Part shown: piece by piece, positions 12,997 to 27,590 of the stretch
Layout of the letters: each line of letters begins with the position of its first letter
Numbering within the stretch: position 1 is the stretch's first letter
Origin: the human T2T-CHM13v2.0 reference genome, Homo sapiens
Length of the DNA stretch: 64,000 nucleotides
Direction: 5' to 3' (one strand)
Assembly (NCBI RefSeq): GCF_009914755.1
Contig: NC_060935.1
Program-made: the position numbers and the translations under genes
The notes under the pieces: generated by a model
What the model saw: only the letters and a program-made list of their open reading frames with translations
Databases searched by the model: none
What the model was told of the DNA's origin: nothing

Positions 12997-15900
12997 GAAA
13001 TAAATCCTCAGCTGAGAAAATTTCACCTGAAATTGTGTTTGATAAGACACAGGAATTAGAAATAGAAAACAAAGCTGTTAAAATATTTGCTAACATTTTC
13101 TAATTTATAAAATGTATGAGATACAGATGACCAATCCCAAATGAAGGCAAAGTTTAGTAAATATTAACATAAATAGTGAAAGGTTTAGTAAATTATTTCT
13201 GAAGTTAATTTAGAAAAGCAAATAGACTAGACAAAGGTTTAGAAGGAAAATGATTTAAAAAAACCTCATTAAAACATACTGTAAAATACAAAAAAAATTC
13301 CAAATTATACTGACAAAGCAAATTGAATAATTATAGATCCACAGGCTAGAAACACTCATAAGTTTACAGAGTAATCTAGAATTAATAAATATGTCATAAA
13401 ATAATTTAATTGCAGGGTCCTTTCAGTAAGTAGTGCATAATTTGTTAGATGGGGGAAAATAATTATTCCTCTCTTTTTATTACACACCAAAGTACATTTG
13501 AGATGGAAAAAATATATAATATACTCCCAACCCTATTACAAACCTGAGGAAAATAAAAGCAAATATTGATTAAATATATAGAGGAACTCCCAAACTCCCT
13601 ATCACTCTGACATATGGTACTGTGTCACAACCCATCCTAGACATATTTAATCCAAGCCTGCACAAGTGCAATTCAATGTTCCTATAGAAAGATAGGCTCA
13701 AAGGTTATGCTGTTTTCATTAACATTTATAACCACTAACCTAAAATGAGAACTTAACACACATATTCATGACAATAACCTTCTCTGGTTAATTCATTCCT
13801 CTATCTGCTTCAAGCAATTTTCCATATTTTCTATTATTTTCAAATACTAAATCTCCTCTTCTCTCAGATAACCTCTCTAACTGCTTCATAAAGACAGTAG
13901 AAACATCAGATGCAAGTCCTCTACTTCCCATGATAGACTCATAAACTCATCAGCATCTACATCCTTGCTCTCCTTATTGCACCAGCAGAATCGAGGCTCT
14001 ATCCCTTCTCTGAATGGCAATCCTTGACCTCACAATTTGATTCCATTCACCTTGACCTTTTTAGGAACCCTGACTTATGGATTATCCAGCCCATTGCCTA
14101 TGTATTCAACCCTTCCTAAATCCTTCCCATGGATATTCAAAATGTTCAAGTCTCTCATATCTTAATTATTTTCTTCATCTATCCCACATCCTCATTTGGA
14201 TAAAGACCATGGTTTCATTTTTTGGAGAAAAATACTAATCTATTTATTCTTCCTATTTCACACCCAAACTTAAAGGACCAGAGGAGGCAAAGGACATCTA
14301 AAAGGGGACAAGTGACTGTTGGCTTCAGTAGTCCAATTGAGAAGTGATCACTGTGTGAATAAATAGCTCTGAGGATGAGAAAAATGGGCATATTTTAGAG
14401 GTATAAATATAATGATAGTGATATAAAGACAGTGAGACTAGTTGCGTAGAAGAAGAGAGGGTAGAATTCTAAGACTGCACTATCTGTTCTGACTCAAATG
14501 ACTAAGAAAGTTTCACGAAACAAAAAATAGCCTTTGAAAAGATTTGATATATGTTGTGGAGGCAGAGATTATGGATCCAGTTTTGACGTGTTGAGTTTAT
14601 TGGATCTGTAAACTATCAAAATACATGTGAAATAAAATGTTAGAGAAAGCAATTTAAATTCATTTGAAAGTTAAAGAATTGGAAATCATCAACACATAAC
14701 ATATAGTTCAAACCATAGGACTTTAAATAGATATACTTATGGAGAATATATAAATTAAAGACAAAAAGAGCAAAAGAGGTAAAGAGATTGCAAGGAGACC
14801 TAAAAGGAATGAACAGAGACATAATTGAAAATCAAATGGAGTGGACAGATATGCTCACATGAAGAGTTTCAGTAATGTGAGAAAGAGATTATCCATTGCA
14901 TTTGGCAATTAGGTAATCATTGGTGGTCCTAGCAAACAGTTTCATGTGAAGAGAGAAATAGAATGCGGGAGGACAGGGAGCCAGCAGGACTGGAATGAAT
15001 GGACACAGGGAGGACTGATCACCTCATTGGAAATCTTCACTTCAACAAACAGCTTCACATGGAGGGAAAACTGAATGCACAGGTAGAACAGTATGTATTA
15101 ATGCATAGATTTTTTTTTACAAAAAGCAATGTGAATACATTTAAACTGAGGGGCAAAAGACTAGGAAGAAAAATATTGGTGATAAAAAGGAAAAAAAAAA
15201 AGATAAAGCAACAGCCCTGGGGAGACAACTACTATTTCCATTTAAATACTGCACAAATCACACCACTGCCTAACTTTCTCTCCTTTCTCTCCCGAATCCA
15301 CTATAAAATCTCTGAAGTACATATAATGTATTTTCTCTTTTTATTTCATGTTGTTTTTACAGTATCCAGAGCTTAGTAATTCTTAATAAATGCTTGTGAG
15401 GTAAATGTCTTAATTTGGGGAAGGCTGTTGACTTTTAAAGACTGAAATAAGAAAAAATAAAAAAGGAAAATATTAACCAAAGAAACAAAGGGAACTGATG
15501 TGGAAATTGAGGCAAGCCACGAGGAGAAGCTCAAGATAATAGCTGAATGAGCTGTGGGCCAGAGGTAGAGACAGTGACAGCACAAAGCTCTTGGGGAAGC
15601 TTGGGGAATCTTAAACAAGTCATTCACTTTTAGTGCCCTCTGGCCCCAAAGCCTGACACTTGGTGGGAGGGATACTCCTGATTCACCCCACTGACCTACT
15701 AGGTCATTGCCTTCATACATACAGCACCACCAAACTACCTTGTATTTCCTCCAAATGAAGAGAATGTCTTAGAGATCTTGCAATCCACCAAGGCAGAAAA
15801 TATCCCAACACCCTAAAATATTCTCATTTCTCACCCTCTGCTCATTTTCTTTTCCTTAGTCCACTGTCGCTGAAAGATTCTTTCCTTAACTTGTGCTTTT

Positions 15901-17065
15901 TCCTGCCTCTTATGTGTAGTCCCCATCTACGATTGTGCTTTACAATTCCCAGACTCTGATCCATCCTCTTCAAGTCCTCATTCCTCCCTCACATTGTGGA
16001 GAATTATCTGATTCAATTCCTCCTCTGCTACCTGGATTTTACTAAGAAGACTGTACTTAGTATAAAGGATAAGAGAGGAGGGTATGACGAGGAATGGGAG
16101 TAGAGAAAAAGCGGTTAGATACCTGAACATACTGTCAGATGGAGTTATAGACATAAATATGAATCAAACTTTTGATATATTGTTAACAACTATTATAAAG
16201 GAACACTGCACTAACAGAAGTAACAGTGATCAGAGAGAAATGGATAACTTTTACTCTGCTTTGCTTTTGTTCAACTATGCTTTGAATATTGTGTCCAATT
16301 CAATGCACCTTGATTTAGGGACCACTTCTGAAACTGTACTACACAGAAAAAAGTACCCAGGATAAAGAAGATACTAAAAGCTCATTACAAGAAGTAGATA
16401 TTTTAACCAAGTGAAGCCTTCCAAAATATATGACTGACCTTCAAGGGGAAGAAGAAAAAACTAGGGCTATTAGGGAAAAAAAGTCACAAGGAAGTCTGTT
16501 TCTGCTGGCTATAAATCATGTCTAATAATGAGAGGAAGCTTTTTCTCTCATTAACACTGGAACTTGTTGGGAGAAGGCAATGAGCACATTTCCTCACCAG
16601 CTTTTGCCCTAAGCCTCTTGGACTTGTGTCATAATAAACTCAAAATGCTGTCCCAGAACCATTCTTTTCCTCTTTTAAATCCCTAGATTGCTATTTCTGG
16701 GCACACATGCATGAAGTTCTCAGCCACAGAACACATGGGTCCCTTGTATGCAATAATATGAGATTGCTGAGACTGCAGAAGAGGCTTCCAGCAGGAAACT
16801 AGGATTCCTAAATCTTCATGCATTCGGTATCAGAGCCCATTGACTTTTTCTTCTTTTTTCATGGGGATTAATATAAGCATGAGGAGAAAGTCTCCTGTTG
16901 AGTCCTCTGGTGACCCAGGGTCTCCTGGCCCAACACAGCATTGCTCCCCTCCCTTACCCCTGAAACTCACAGAGGATACAACAGATTAGGTCCTGCTTGA
17001 GGAATCTACTGCCTGCATCCAGTAACCAGAGCTGAGACTGCTTCCGAATCTAGAGGGTTTTATGA

Positions 17066-17410
<345 letters not shown>

Positions 17411-18524
17411 TAAATATGAGAGAGAATTCAATTCTGCATCTGACTACTTGACTACACAGACCATCCTCCTAAACATTCTCTTATTCTACATTAACATCAT
17501 AAGATGTTATATTGACAGATTTCCTTGTATTAAAACTTTTCAGAATTTCTTAAGAAACCTACAAGATTTCCTTCTTTTTATAGTAACTGAAATTCAACTC
17601 CACTATTTGATATCTGTATGAATTTTGACAGCTAATTTACTCTATGTAATCTCGGTCATTAATAAATATTTATTTAAAATTATCAACTATATGTCCAGAA
17701 TGAGATTAGTCACAGGGATAAGAGATTATGGTCCCTGCTCTCATCAAAATTTTATTATGGCAATTGCATTACATTATAGTATCAATAGCTTCCCATTGTT
17801 CATAAAATAAAACCAACTTTCCTAATATGGACTACTGAGAAATATATATGAACTGGACTGTAAGCTTCATGAGGACTAAATTCCTGTTAATTTTGTTCCC
17901 TATTAATATGATGTCTAGTACAGTGTTTACAGTGTGGTAGAATCAACATATTTTTGTCGAATTAATTCAAGATCATACATACTCTATCTCCTCCTTACTT
18001 CTCCAGTGTATTTAGAACCACCTTTTTTCAGTGGATGATTATTCCTGCCATAGTCATTGTTGAATGTCTCTTGGGGGTTTGTGATTATGAAGTTAAAGTG
18101 AAATCAGTCAGTTGATTTTTTTTTCCTTCACCTCCTAGGTCCAACCACAGAGAAGACGAACAGTTGGGTTTAATCCAGCATGTTCTTAATTTTCTATCTG
18201 ACCACAAATCTCTTGTATTCTTTGACCTATTTTGTGGTTGAGCAGGCTGATCTCTATGGCCTAGTTCAACTGAGCTTTCTGAAATGACTTCCTGGCTTCC
18301 AGTTCAGATAATAGTAGCCACCTGAAGGAGATGAAAATATGGAGGGACAAGATTGGGTATTTATTATTATTCCTATCCTTTGCTTTGATACAGTTCTGCT
18401 AGTGGCTGCTTCTTTGTAGCCAGAGGTCCTATTGGGAAGCATATCTTCCAAAGCTCCAGTGCTTACTAAGTTTGAGGAATGTTGCTGCCTCTCCATTGCC
18501 CTTCAGGGCTGGGGCTGGTAGTGA

Positions 18525-18906
<382 letters not shown>

Positions 18907-19730
18907 TCTTTATTAAACTCTTGTCAGTGAAATCCTTTTCCTGTACTGTCTGTTTCCTGCTCATATTGTAAATGGTACAGTAGTTAGTACCAGAAGGGTA
19001 CTCAAGAATGGACACTTAACATGAGATGCTAGGATTCGGTTATTCACATATTGATGAGAATGTGGATAACTAACTTTCCAAGGCAAAATGGAACATTAAA
19101 TGTAGCATGGAATGGCATCCCAATAATGCAAATCACCAGCAGTGTGTGTAGAACGACAGGCAGGTGGAGGACAAGGACCTATGGTGAGAAGGACTGTAGG
19201 CTGTCTGGGTGAAAATCCTAGCACCATCACTTACTAGCCATGGTACTCTGGACAAATCACTTTACCTCTCTGGGTCTCAGTTTTCACATTTAATATGACG
19301 ATAGTAATAGTGACCTATTTTGTAGAATGCTTGTGAAGATTAAAAGAGTCAATATATAAATAGCACTTAAAACAGTGCTGAGCTTATAGTAAGCACTATA
19401 TGAGTTAGTTACTATCAATTGCACTATTTTATATGAAACTGATTGATTTCTTTGTGTCCTCCACTTTTCTTTTTGGTAATGACTCCTCATATACTCTTCA
19501 GACTTTTTTCCTACTGGGAACCAACTGTAAAATATAAAGTTCTACCTCTTATGCCTGTTTACTCCACTAATATGTATTTTTTTCTCAGTATACTGTCATC
19601 AGTATAAAGAGAGAGTCCAGATCATATATTGTGGAGATAAAATACAAAGTCTGGGGCCTGGGCCTGGACCTGCTAGGAGTTCCTATCAGACAGCCTCTTA
19701 AGGCCAGGGCTTGTGAAAGAAGACATTCTT

Positions 19731-20535
19731 TAAGTTCTAGGGAACATGTGCACAACGTGCAGGTTTGTCACATATGTATACATGTGCCATGTTGGTGCGC
19801 TGCACCCACTAACTCATCATCTAGCATTAGGTATATCTCCTAATGCTATCCCTCCCCCCTCCCCCCACCCCACAACAGTCCCCAGTGTGTGATGTTCCCC
19901 TTCCTGTGTCCATGTGTTCTCATTGTTCAATTCCCACCTATGAGTGAGAACATGCAGTGTTTGGTTTTTTGTCCTTGCGATAGTTTGCTGAGAATGATGG
20001 TTTCCAGCTTCATCCATGTCTCTACAAAGGACATGAACTCATCATTTTTTATGGCTGCATAGTATTCCATGGTGTATATGTGCCACATTTTCTTCATCCA
20101 GTCTATCATTGTTGGACATTTGGCTTGATTCCAAGTCTTTGTTATTGTGAGTAGTGCCGCAATAAACATACGTGTGCATGTGTCTTTATAGCAGCATGAT
20201 TTATAGTCCTTTGGGCATATACCCAGTAATGGGATGGCTGGGTCAAATGGTATTTCTAGTTCTAGATCCCTGAGGAATCGCCACACTGACTTCCACAATG
20301 GTTGAACTAGTTTACAGTCTCACCAACAGTGTAAAAGTGTTCCTATTTCTCCACATCCTCTCCAGCACCTGTTGTTTCCTGACTTTTTAAAACTTAAAGT
20401 ATAATAATAATATTAAATTTAAAAAAAGAAATATAGAAACATCCACATTCTGCAAACCAATTTCCTTTCTAAATACAAAGAGAAACTTTAAGTAAAATAC
20501 TAGGAAACCAAATAAATATGTTTTTCAATTAAAAA
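19731..20535. mobile_element. L1PA (PA3/PA4-like) 5'-truncated insertion with twin-priming inversion and 3' transduction
   Basis: Inverted L1 3' part (19731-20390, ORF2 C-terminus MWKSVWRFLRDLELEIPFDPAIPLLG), forward L1 terminus aacttaaagtataataat with A-tail (20391-20430), unique segment with AATAAA and poly(A); TSD aaagaagaca(t/c)tctt (19716-19730 / 20536-20550). Confidence 0.9.
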
Positions 20536-20599
20536 AAAGAAGACACTCTTAGTGACTGTAAAGGGGGCAGTTCCAGAAAGGAAGATGGTAGAGATACCT

Positions 20600-20880
20600 G
20601 TTGTCTTGGGCTTGTCTCTAGGAGCAGGAGGAAAGGAACTGGGAGAGGGAGAGGAAAAGGGAGAGAAGGAAGGAGGATGGGAGACAGAAAACAGGGAAAG
20701 AATAAAAAGAGGGAAGGAGGAAGGAAAAAGGATTAGAAGAAAAAGGAAAAGAAAAGGAACTTTAAGGAAAGAGAAGGAATAGGAAGTGAAGGGAAGAGAA
20801 CAGAAGGGAAATAGGAAGGGGTAAAAGAAAAGAAAGGGAAAATAAAAGATGAAGAGAAAGGGAAAATGAAAGGAAAAGCT
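20600..20880. repeat. GA-rich low-complexity purine tract
   Basis: About 280 bp almost entirely G/A on the + strand. Confidence 0.85.
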
Positions 20881-21212
20881 ATCTTTTGAGAATTTCCAGT
20901 CACAATTCTTTCCTTACGGTGTTTGGTGGCTGGAATTCACATACCTTTTGTGTCCTAAAATCTATAAATAAATTGGTGTTTTGTTGGCTTAAAGTTATTT
21001 GTAACACTTATTTTACTATCCTTCTAATATCTAGTATAATCTGTAGTAGTAACACTTGTTCAGTCATCATTTTGATTACTTGTGATTGTTTTTCCTTCAT
21101 AGTTCTTACTCGGGCTTTATTAATTTTATCAATCTTTTCAAAAAATCCAGTGCCGAGATTGGTTAATTTTTCTCTATTGTTTCTGTTTTCTATTTTATTG
21201 ACTCTTCGCTTG

Positions 21213-24200
21213 TCTTTTTTTTCACCTTATATTTTAGGCTCATGGAGTATACATATGCAGGTTTGTTACATGGATAAATTTCATGTCGTAGGGGTTTGGT
21301 GTACAGATTATTTAGTCATCCAGGTAATGAGCATAGGACCCCGTAGATGGTTTTTTGACCCTCACCCTTCTGCCACCCACCACCAAGTAGGCCCCAGCGT
21401 CTATTGTTCTCTTCTTTGTGTTCATCTGTATTCAATATTCATTCCTGCTTGTAAGACAGAATATGTGGTATTTGGTTTTCTGTTCCTGCATTCACTCACT
21501 AAGGACAATGGTTTCCTGCTGCATCCATGTTGCTGCAAAGGACATGATTTCACATTTATGGCAGTGTAGTATTCCATGGTGTATATGTAACACATTTTCT
21601 TTATCCAACCCACTGTTGATGGGCATCTGGGTTGATTCCATATCATTGCTATTGTGAATAGTGCTCCAATGAACATTCAAATGCATGTATCTTCATCGTA
21701 GAACTATATATATTCCTTTGGATATATATCCAATAATGGGATTTCTGAGTCAAATTGTAGTTCTGTACTATGTTCTTTGAGAAATCTCCAAACTGCTTTC
21801 CATAGTGGCTGAACTAATTTACATTCCCACCAGCAATGTATAAGTGTTCCTATTGCTCTGGTATCTTGCCACTATCTGTTACTTTTTGGCTTTTTATAAT
21901 AGCCATTTGACTGCTATAAAATGGTATCTCATTGTGGTTTTGATTTTCACTTCTTTAATGGTTAGTGATGTTGAGTATTTTTTCATATGCTTGTTGACCA
22001 CAGGCATGTCCTCTTTTGAGAAGTGTCTGTTCATGCCATTTGCTCATTTTTTAATAAGGTTGTTTGGGTTTGTCTTGTTGATTCATTTAAGTTTCTTATG
22101 GATTCTTGATATTAGACCTTAGTCAGATGCATAGTTTGCAAATATTTTCTCCTATTATGTAGGTTATCTGTTTACTGTATTGATAATTTATTTTGCTGTG
22201 CAAAGTTCTTTTGTTTAACAAAGTCCCACCTGTCTATTTTTGATTTGTTGCAATTACTTTTGGAGTCTTCATCATAAAATATTTGCCAGGGCCTATATCC
22301 AGAATGATATTTCCTAGATTTTCTTATAGGATTTTATAGCTTAAGTTTTATACTCAAGTCTTTAATTCATCTTGAGTTGATTTTTTGTGGTGATAGGAAG
22401 GTGTCCAGTTTCAATCTTCTGCATTTGGCAGCCAGATATCCCAGCACCATTTATCGAATAGGGAAACTTTCCCCCATTGCTTGTTATTGTTGACTTTGTT
22501 GAAGATAAACTGGTTGCAGGTATGCAGCATTATTTCTGGGTTTTGTAATCTTTTCCATTGGTCTGTGTGTCTATTTTTGTACCAGTACTATGTTTTTTGG
22601 TTACTGTAGCCCTGTAGTACAGTTTGAAGTTGGGTAATGTAATGTTTCCAGCTTTGTTCTTTGTGCTTAGGATCACTTTGGCTATTCAGGTTCTTTTTGG
22701 TTCTATATGAATTTTACAATAGTTTTTTTCTGATTCTGTGAAAAATGTCATTAGTAGCTTGATAAGAATAGTATTGAATCTCTAAATTGCTTTGGGCAGT
22801 ATGGGGAATGTTTTAACAATATTGATTGTTTCTATCCGTGAGCATGGAATGTTTTCCCATTTGTTTATGTTGTCTCTAATTTCTTTCAGCAGTGTTTTGT
22901 AATTCTGGTTGTAGAGATATTTTATCTCCTGGTTATCTGTATTTCTAGGTTTTTTATTTTTTTATTTTTTGTGGCTATTGTAATGGGATTGCATTCTTGA
23001 CTTGGTTCTCAGCTTGGATAGTATTGGTGTGTATAGGAATAGTACTGATTTTTGTAATTGATTTTGTGTCCTGAAATTTGCTGAAGTTTTTTTTAATCAG
23101 ATTTAGGGGCCTTTAGGCAGAGAGTATGGGGTTTTCTGGATATAGAATGGTATCTTCTGTGAAGAGAGATAGTTTGACTTCCTCTCTTCCTATTTAGATG
23201 CCTTTTCTTTCTTTTTCTTGCCTGATTGCTCTGTCCACGACTTCCAGTAGTATGCTGAATAGGAGTGGTAAGAATGGGCATTCTTTTCTTGTTCCATTTG
23301 TCAAGGGGAGTGCTTCCAGCTTTTGCTCATTCAGTATGATGTTGGCTGTGGGTTTGTCATAGATGGCTTTTATTATTGTGAAGGATGTTCCTTTGATGCC
23401 TAGTTTGTTGCAGGTTTTTAACACGAAGGGATGTTGAATGTTATCAAAAGACTTTTCTGTCTATTGAGATGATTACATGGTTTTGTTTTTAGTTCTGTTT
23501 GTGAGATGAACCCCATTTATTGATTTGCATATGTTGAACCAACTTTGCATCACAGAAATAAACCCTATCTGATCATGGTGGATTAGCTTTTTGATGTGCT
23601 GCTGGATTTAGTTAGCTAGTATTTTTTTTTTTTTTTTTAGGATTTTTGCATCTATGTTCATTAGGGATATTGGCCTGAAATTTTCTTTTTTCATTGTGTC
23701 TCTGCCAGACTTTGGTATCAAAATGATGCTGGCCTCATAGAACAAGTTGGGAAGTCACTCCTTCTCAATTATTTGGAATAGTTTCACTGGGATTGGCACC
23801 AGCGCTTCTTTACACATCTTGAAGAATTCATCTGTGAGTCCATATGATCTAGGGCTTTTTCTGGTTGTTAGGTTTTTTTTAATGACTGAGTCAAATTTGG
23901 AACTCAATACTGGTCTGTGCAGGGTTTCAATTTCTTCCTCATTTAATCTTGGAAGGTCGTATGTTCCAGGAATTTATCCATTTTTTCTAGGTTTTATCAT
24001 TTGTGTCTGTAGAGATGTTCATAATAGTCTCTGAAAACTTTCCGTATTTTTGTGGAGTCAGTAGTAATGTCCTCTTTGTCATTTCTGATTGTGTTTATTT
24101 GGATATTCTCTTTTTTATTATTAGCCTAGCTGATAATTTTTCTTTCAAAGAAAAACGTTTTGGTTTCATTGATCTTTTGTATAGTTTTTTGCATCTCAAA

Positions 24201-27200
24201 TTCATTCAGTTCACCTCTGGTTTTGGTTATTTGTTTTCTTCTGCTAGCTTTGGGGTTGTTTTCTTCTTGTTTTTCTAGTTCCTCTAGGTGGGAAGTTAGG
24301 TTGTTAAACTTTTGATGTGAGCATTTAGCACTATATGCCTTCCTCTTGACATTGCTTTAGCTGTGTCCCAGAGATTCTCATATGTTATATCTCTGTTCTC
24401 ATTAGTTTCAAACAATGTATTGATTTCTGCCTTAATTGCATTATTTACCCCAAATCATTCAGGAACAGATTGTTTAATTTCCATGTAATTGTATGGTTTT
24501 GAGAGATCTTCTTGGTATTGATTTCTATTTTTGTTGTGCTGTTATCTGAGAATGTAGCTGGTATAATTTCAATTTTGTTTAATTTATTGAGAATTGGTTT
24601 ATAGCTGAGCATGTTATTGATTTTAGATTATGTACCCTGTGCAGAGTAGCAGAATGTATACTCTGTGGTTGTTGGGTGGAGTGTTCTGTAGATGTCTCTT
24701 AGGTCCATTTATTCAAGTGTTGAGTTTAGATCCTGAAGATCTTTGCTAGTTTTCTGCCTCAGTCATCTGTATGATACTATCAATGGGGTATTGAAATCTC
24801 CCATTATTATTCTGTGGTTATCAAAGTCTCTTTGTAGGACTCTAAGAACTTCTTTTATGAATGCTCAGTGTTGGGTGCATATATATTTAGGATAGTTGAG
24901 TCTTCTCGATGAATTGAACTCTTTATCATATGTAATGCCCATCTTTGTCCTCATTGATCACTGTTGGTTTAAAGTCAGTTCTGTGTGAAATAAAAATAGC
25001 AATGCTTGCTCTTTTTTGTTTTCCATTTGCTTGATAGATTTTTCTCCATTCCTTTGCTTTGAGCCTATGAATGTCATTGTATGTGAGACAAGGCTCTTGA
25101 AGACAGCATATAGTTGGGTCTTGCTTCTTTATCCAACTTACCAAATTGAACATTTTAAGTGGGGTTTTTACCCCATTTATTCTCAAGGTTAATATTAATA
25201 TATGCAGATTTGATCCTATCGTGTTTTTAGTTGGCTGTTATGTAGACTTGATTGTGTACTTGCTTTGTAGTGTCAATAGTCTATGTACTTAAGTGTGTTT
25301 TAGTGGTGGTCAGCAACAGTCTTTCATTTCCATGCTTAGCACTTCTAAGGCAGGTCTACTGGTAACAAATTTCCTTATCATTTGCTTGTGTAAAAAGGAT
25401 TTTATTTCTTCTTTGCTTATGAAGCTTAGTTTGGCTGGATATGAAGTTCTTGACTGGAATTTCTTTTCTTTAAGGAGAGTGATAATAGGTCCCTCATCTC
25501 TTTTAGTTTGTGAGGTTTTTTGCTGAAAGAACCACTGTTAATCTGATGGGCTTCCTTTTGTAGGTGGCCTGCCTCTTCTTTCTAGCTGTCTTTAATACAT
25601 TTTATTTCATGACAACCTTGGAGAATCTGGTGAATATGTGTCTTGAGGATGGTCATCTTGTAGAGTATCTCACTGGGGTTCTCTGCATTTCCTGAATTTG
25701 AATGTCAAACTCTCTACTGAGGTTGGGAAAATTTCATGGAGAATATCTTCAAATGTGTTTTCCAAGTTGCTTGCTCCCTCTCCCTCTCTTCCAGGGATGT
25801 CAATCAGTCATAGGTTTGGTCTCTTAACATAATTGCATATTTAATAAAAGTTGCATTTATTCCGTTTTATTCTTTTTTCTTATTTTTGTTTGAATGAATT
25901 GATTCAAACAGTAATCTTCAAGCTCTGAGATTATTTCCTTAGTTTGTCTATTCTGCTGTTAGTATTTCTAATTGTACTACAAAATTCCTGTAGTGAATTT
26001 TTCAGCTCTATCAAATCAGTTTGGTTATTTCTTAAAATGGCTATTTGTCTTTCAGCTCTTCTATCATTTTGCTGGATTCCTTAGATTCCTTGGATTAGAT
26101 TTCAACTTCCTCCTGAATCTCTGTGATCTTTGTTGCCATCCAGATTCTAAATTCTATGTCTGAGATTTCAGCCATCTCAGCCTGGTTAAGAACCATTGCT
26201 GGGAACTAGGTGGTCTTTTGGAGGTAAGAAGATACCCTGTCTTTTTGAGTTGACAGAGTTCTTATGCTGGTTTTTCCTCATCTGTATTGGCTGGTGTTCC
26301 TCTAATGTTTGGATTTGTCCTTAGGATGAGGCTTTTTGCTTTTATATTCTTTGGCGCCCTTAAGGGTTTCACTGTGGTGTAAACTGGATTCAGTCAACTA
26401 GCTTCATTTATGGATATATTCAGGGGGCCATGGTTCAACTCAGCACTCCTGGGTTGTGTGCTCTAACCCTGAGGAGCTGGGACAAGGCCCATGGCTGTGT
26501 TCTCTGGCCCCTCTAAGCTAAGCACCTACTGCACTGGAGGAGCCAAGGTGTTCTCCGTCCCGTGGCAACAACAGTCCAGTGGAGGGTGCTGCCAAAAGTG
26601 CTTCATCAGGGAAGTGGCAGGAGAGTCCTCACTTACACGTGTGTTCAGGCAGTGTCAGGGCAGCACATGTGCTGGCAGTGGCAGAGTGATGGCATGGTGG
26701 CAGTGGCAGTGCAATGACAGTGGTAGTTTAATGGCATAGTGGGGTCCACGCATACGTGTGCATTGGCAGTGGAAGGGTGGTGACGTTGAGGTTTGTGTAC
26801 GTGTATGTGCATTGGCGATGGTGGGGTGTCAATGTCTGCATGACTCTAGCAAAGCAGTGGGGGCAGGGTGCAGGTGAGTGCATGTCAGCAGGGGTCGGGG
26901 GGCTTCTGCCAAAGCTCTCTGACAATTAGGTGGAGTCTGCTAGTGAAGGAGCTATGGCAGTTGCCACTGGGAAGCTCCCTGGTTTGGCAACTGAGGCTGT
27001 GATGAAGCACATGGAGCCATGCTGGGACCCAGAAAGAGGCTGGCAGACAGGGCAGCACTCAGATCAGACTTGCCTGGTCGCACAGGCAAGATATCCCTGT
27101 TCTCTACAGGGCCAACAGTCAACAAGGTCAAAGCCACCTAGAGGAGCATGGCAAGCCTTGGGGGATGGGTGTCTCTGTGTTCCACTGCAGCCAGTCCCAT

Positions 27201-27590
27201 GCCAAACCCTCTGGGCTCCACATAGACTGGAGTCCCGTTCCTTCCATGTCTCCAAACACTTCTCCCTGATAGCTCAAATGTTTATGGGGGTTGTGGGGTC
27301 CCCTGCAGCTAGGATTCCAGAGGTACATGGAGAGTGGGCCACACAATGCCTATTTAATTCACTCCTTCCCCAGGAGCCACTCAAGGCCAGAAATGAGACC
27401 TGGTGCTCAGCAACCCCATGCAGGATTTCCAGCTTCCTCCTCTTTCAGCCCAGCGTCTGTGTCCTCCCTCAGTCTGCTCTCAATTCCTCCCTTCCAAAGA
27501 TCTGCCCAAAGTGTTGTCAGTATTCTTGATGGTTTTGTCTCTTGGTGGGAGAAGCTCTTCCTGGCTGTGTCTAGTCAGCCATATTGGCTC
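21213..27590 (-). mobile_element. Near full-length decayed L1 (L1PA13-16-like), nested in an older L1M fragment
   Basis: 3' end with T-tract at ~21213; ORF2 peptides ([25 protein letters not shown]; SWIKKQDPTICCLQE); GC-richer 5' UTR ~26400-27590; older L1-like sequence on both sides. Confidence 0.88.

Noticed and set aside
20886-21569. 227-aa hydrophobic ORF resembling a membrane protein
   Set aside because: T-rich antisense L1 sequence spanning a repeat junction; no GPCR motifs.
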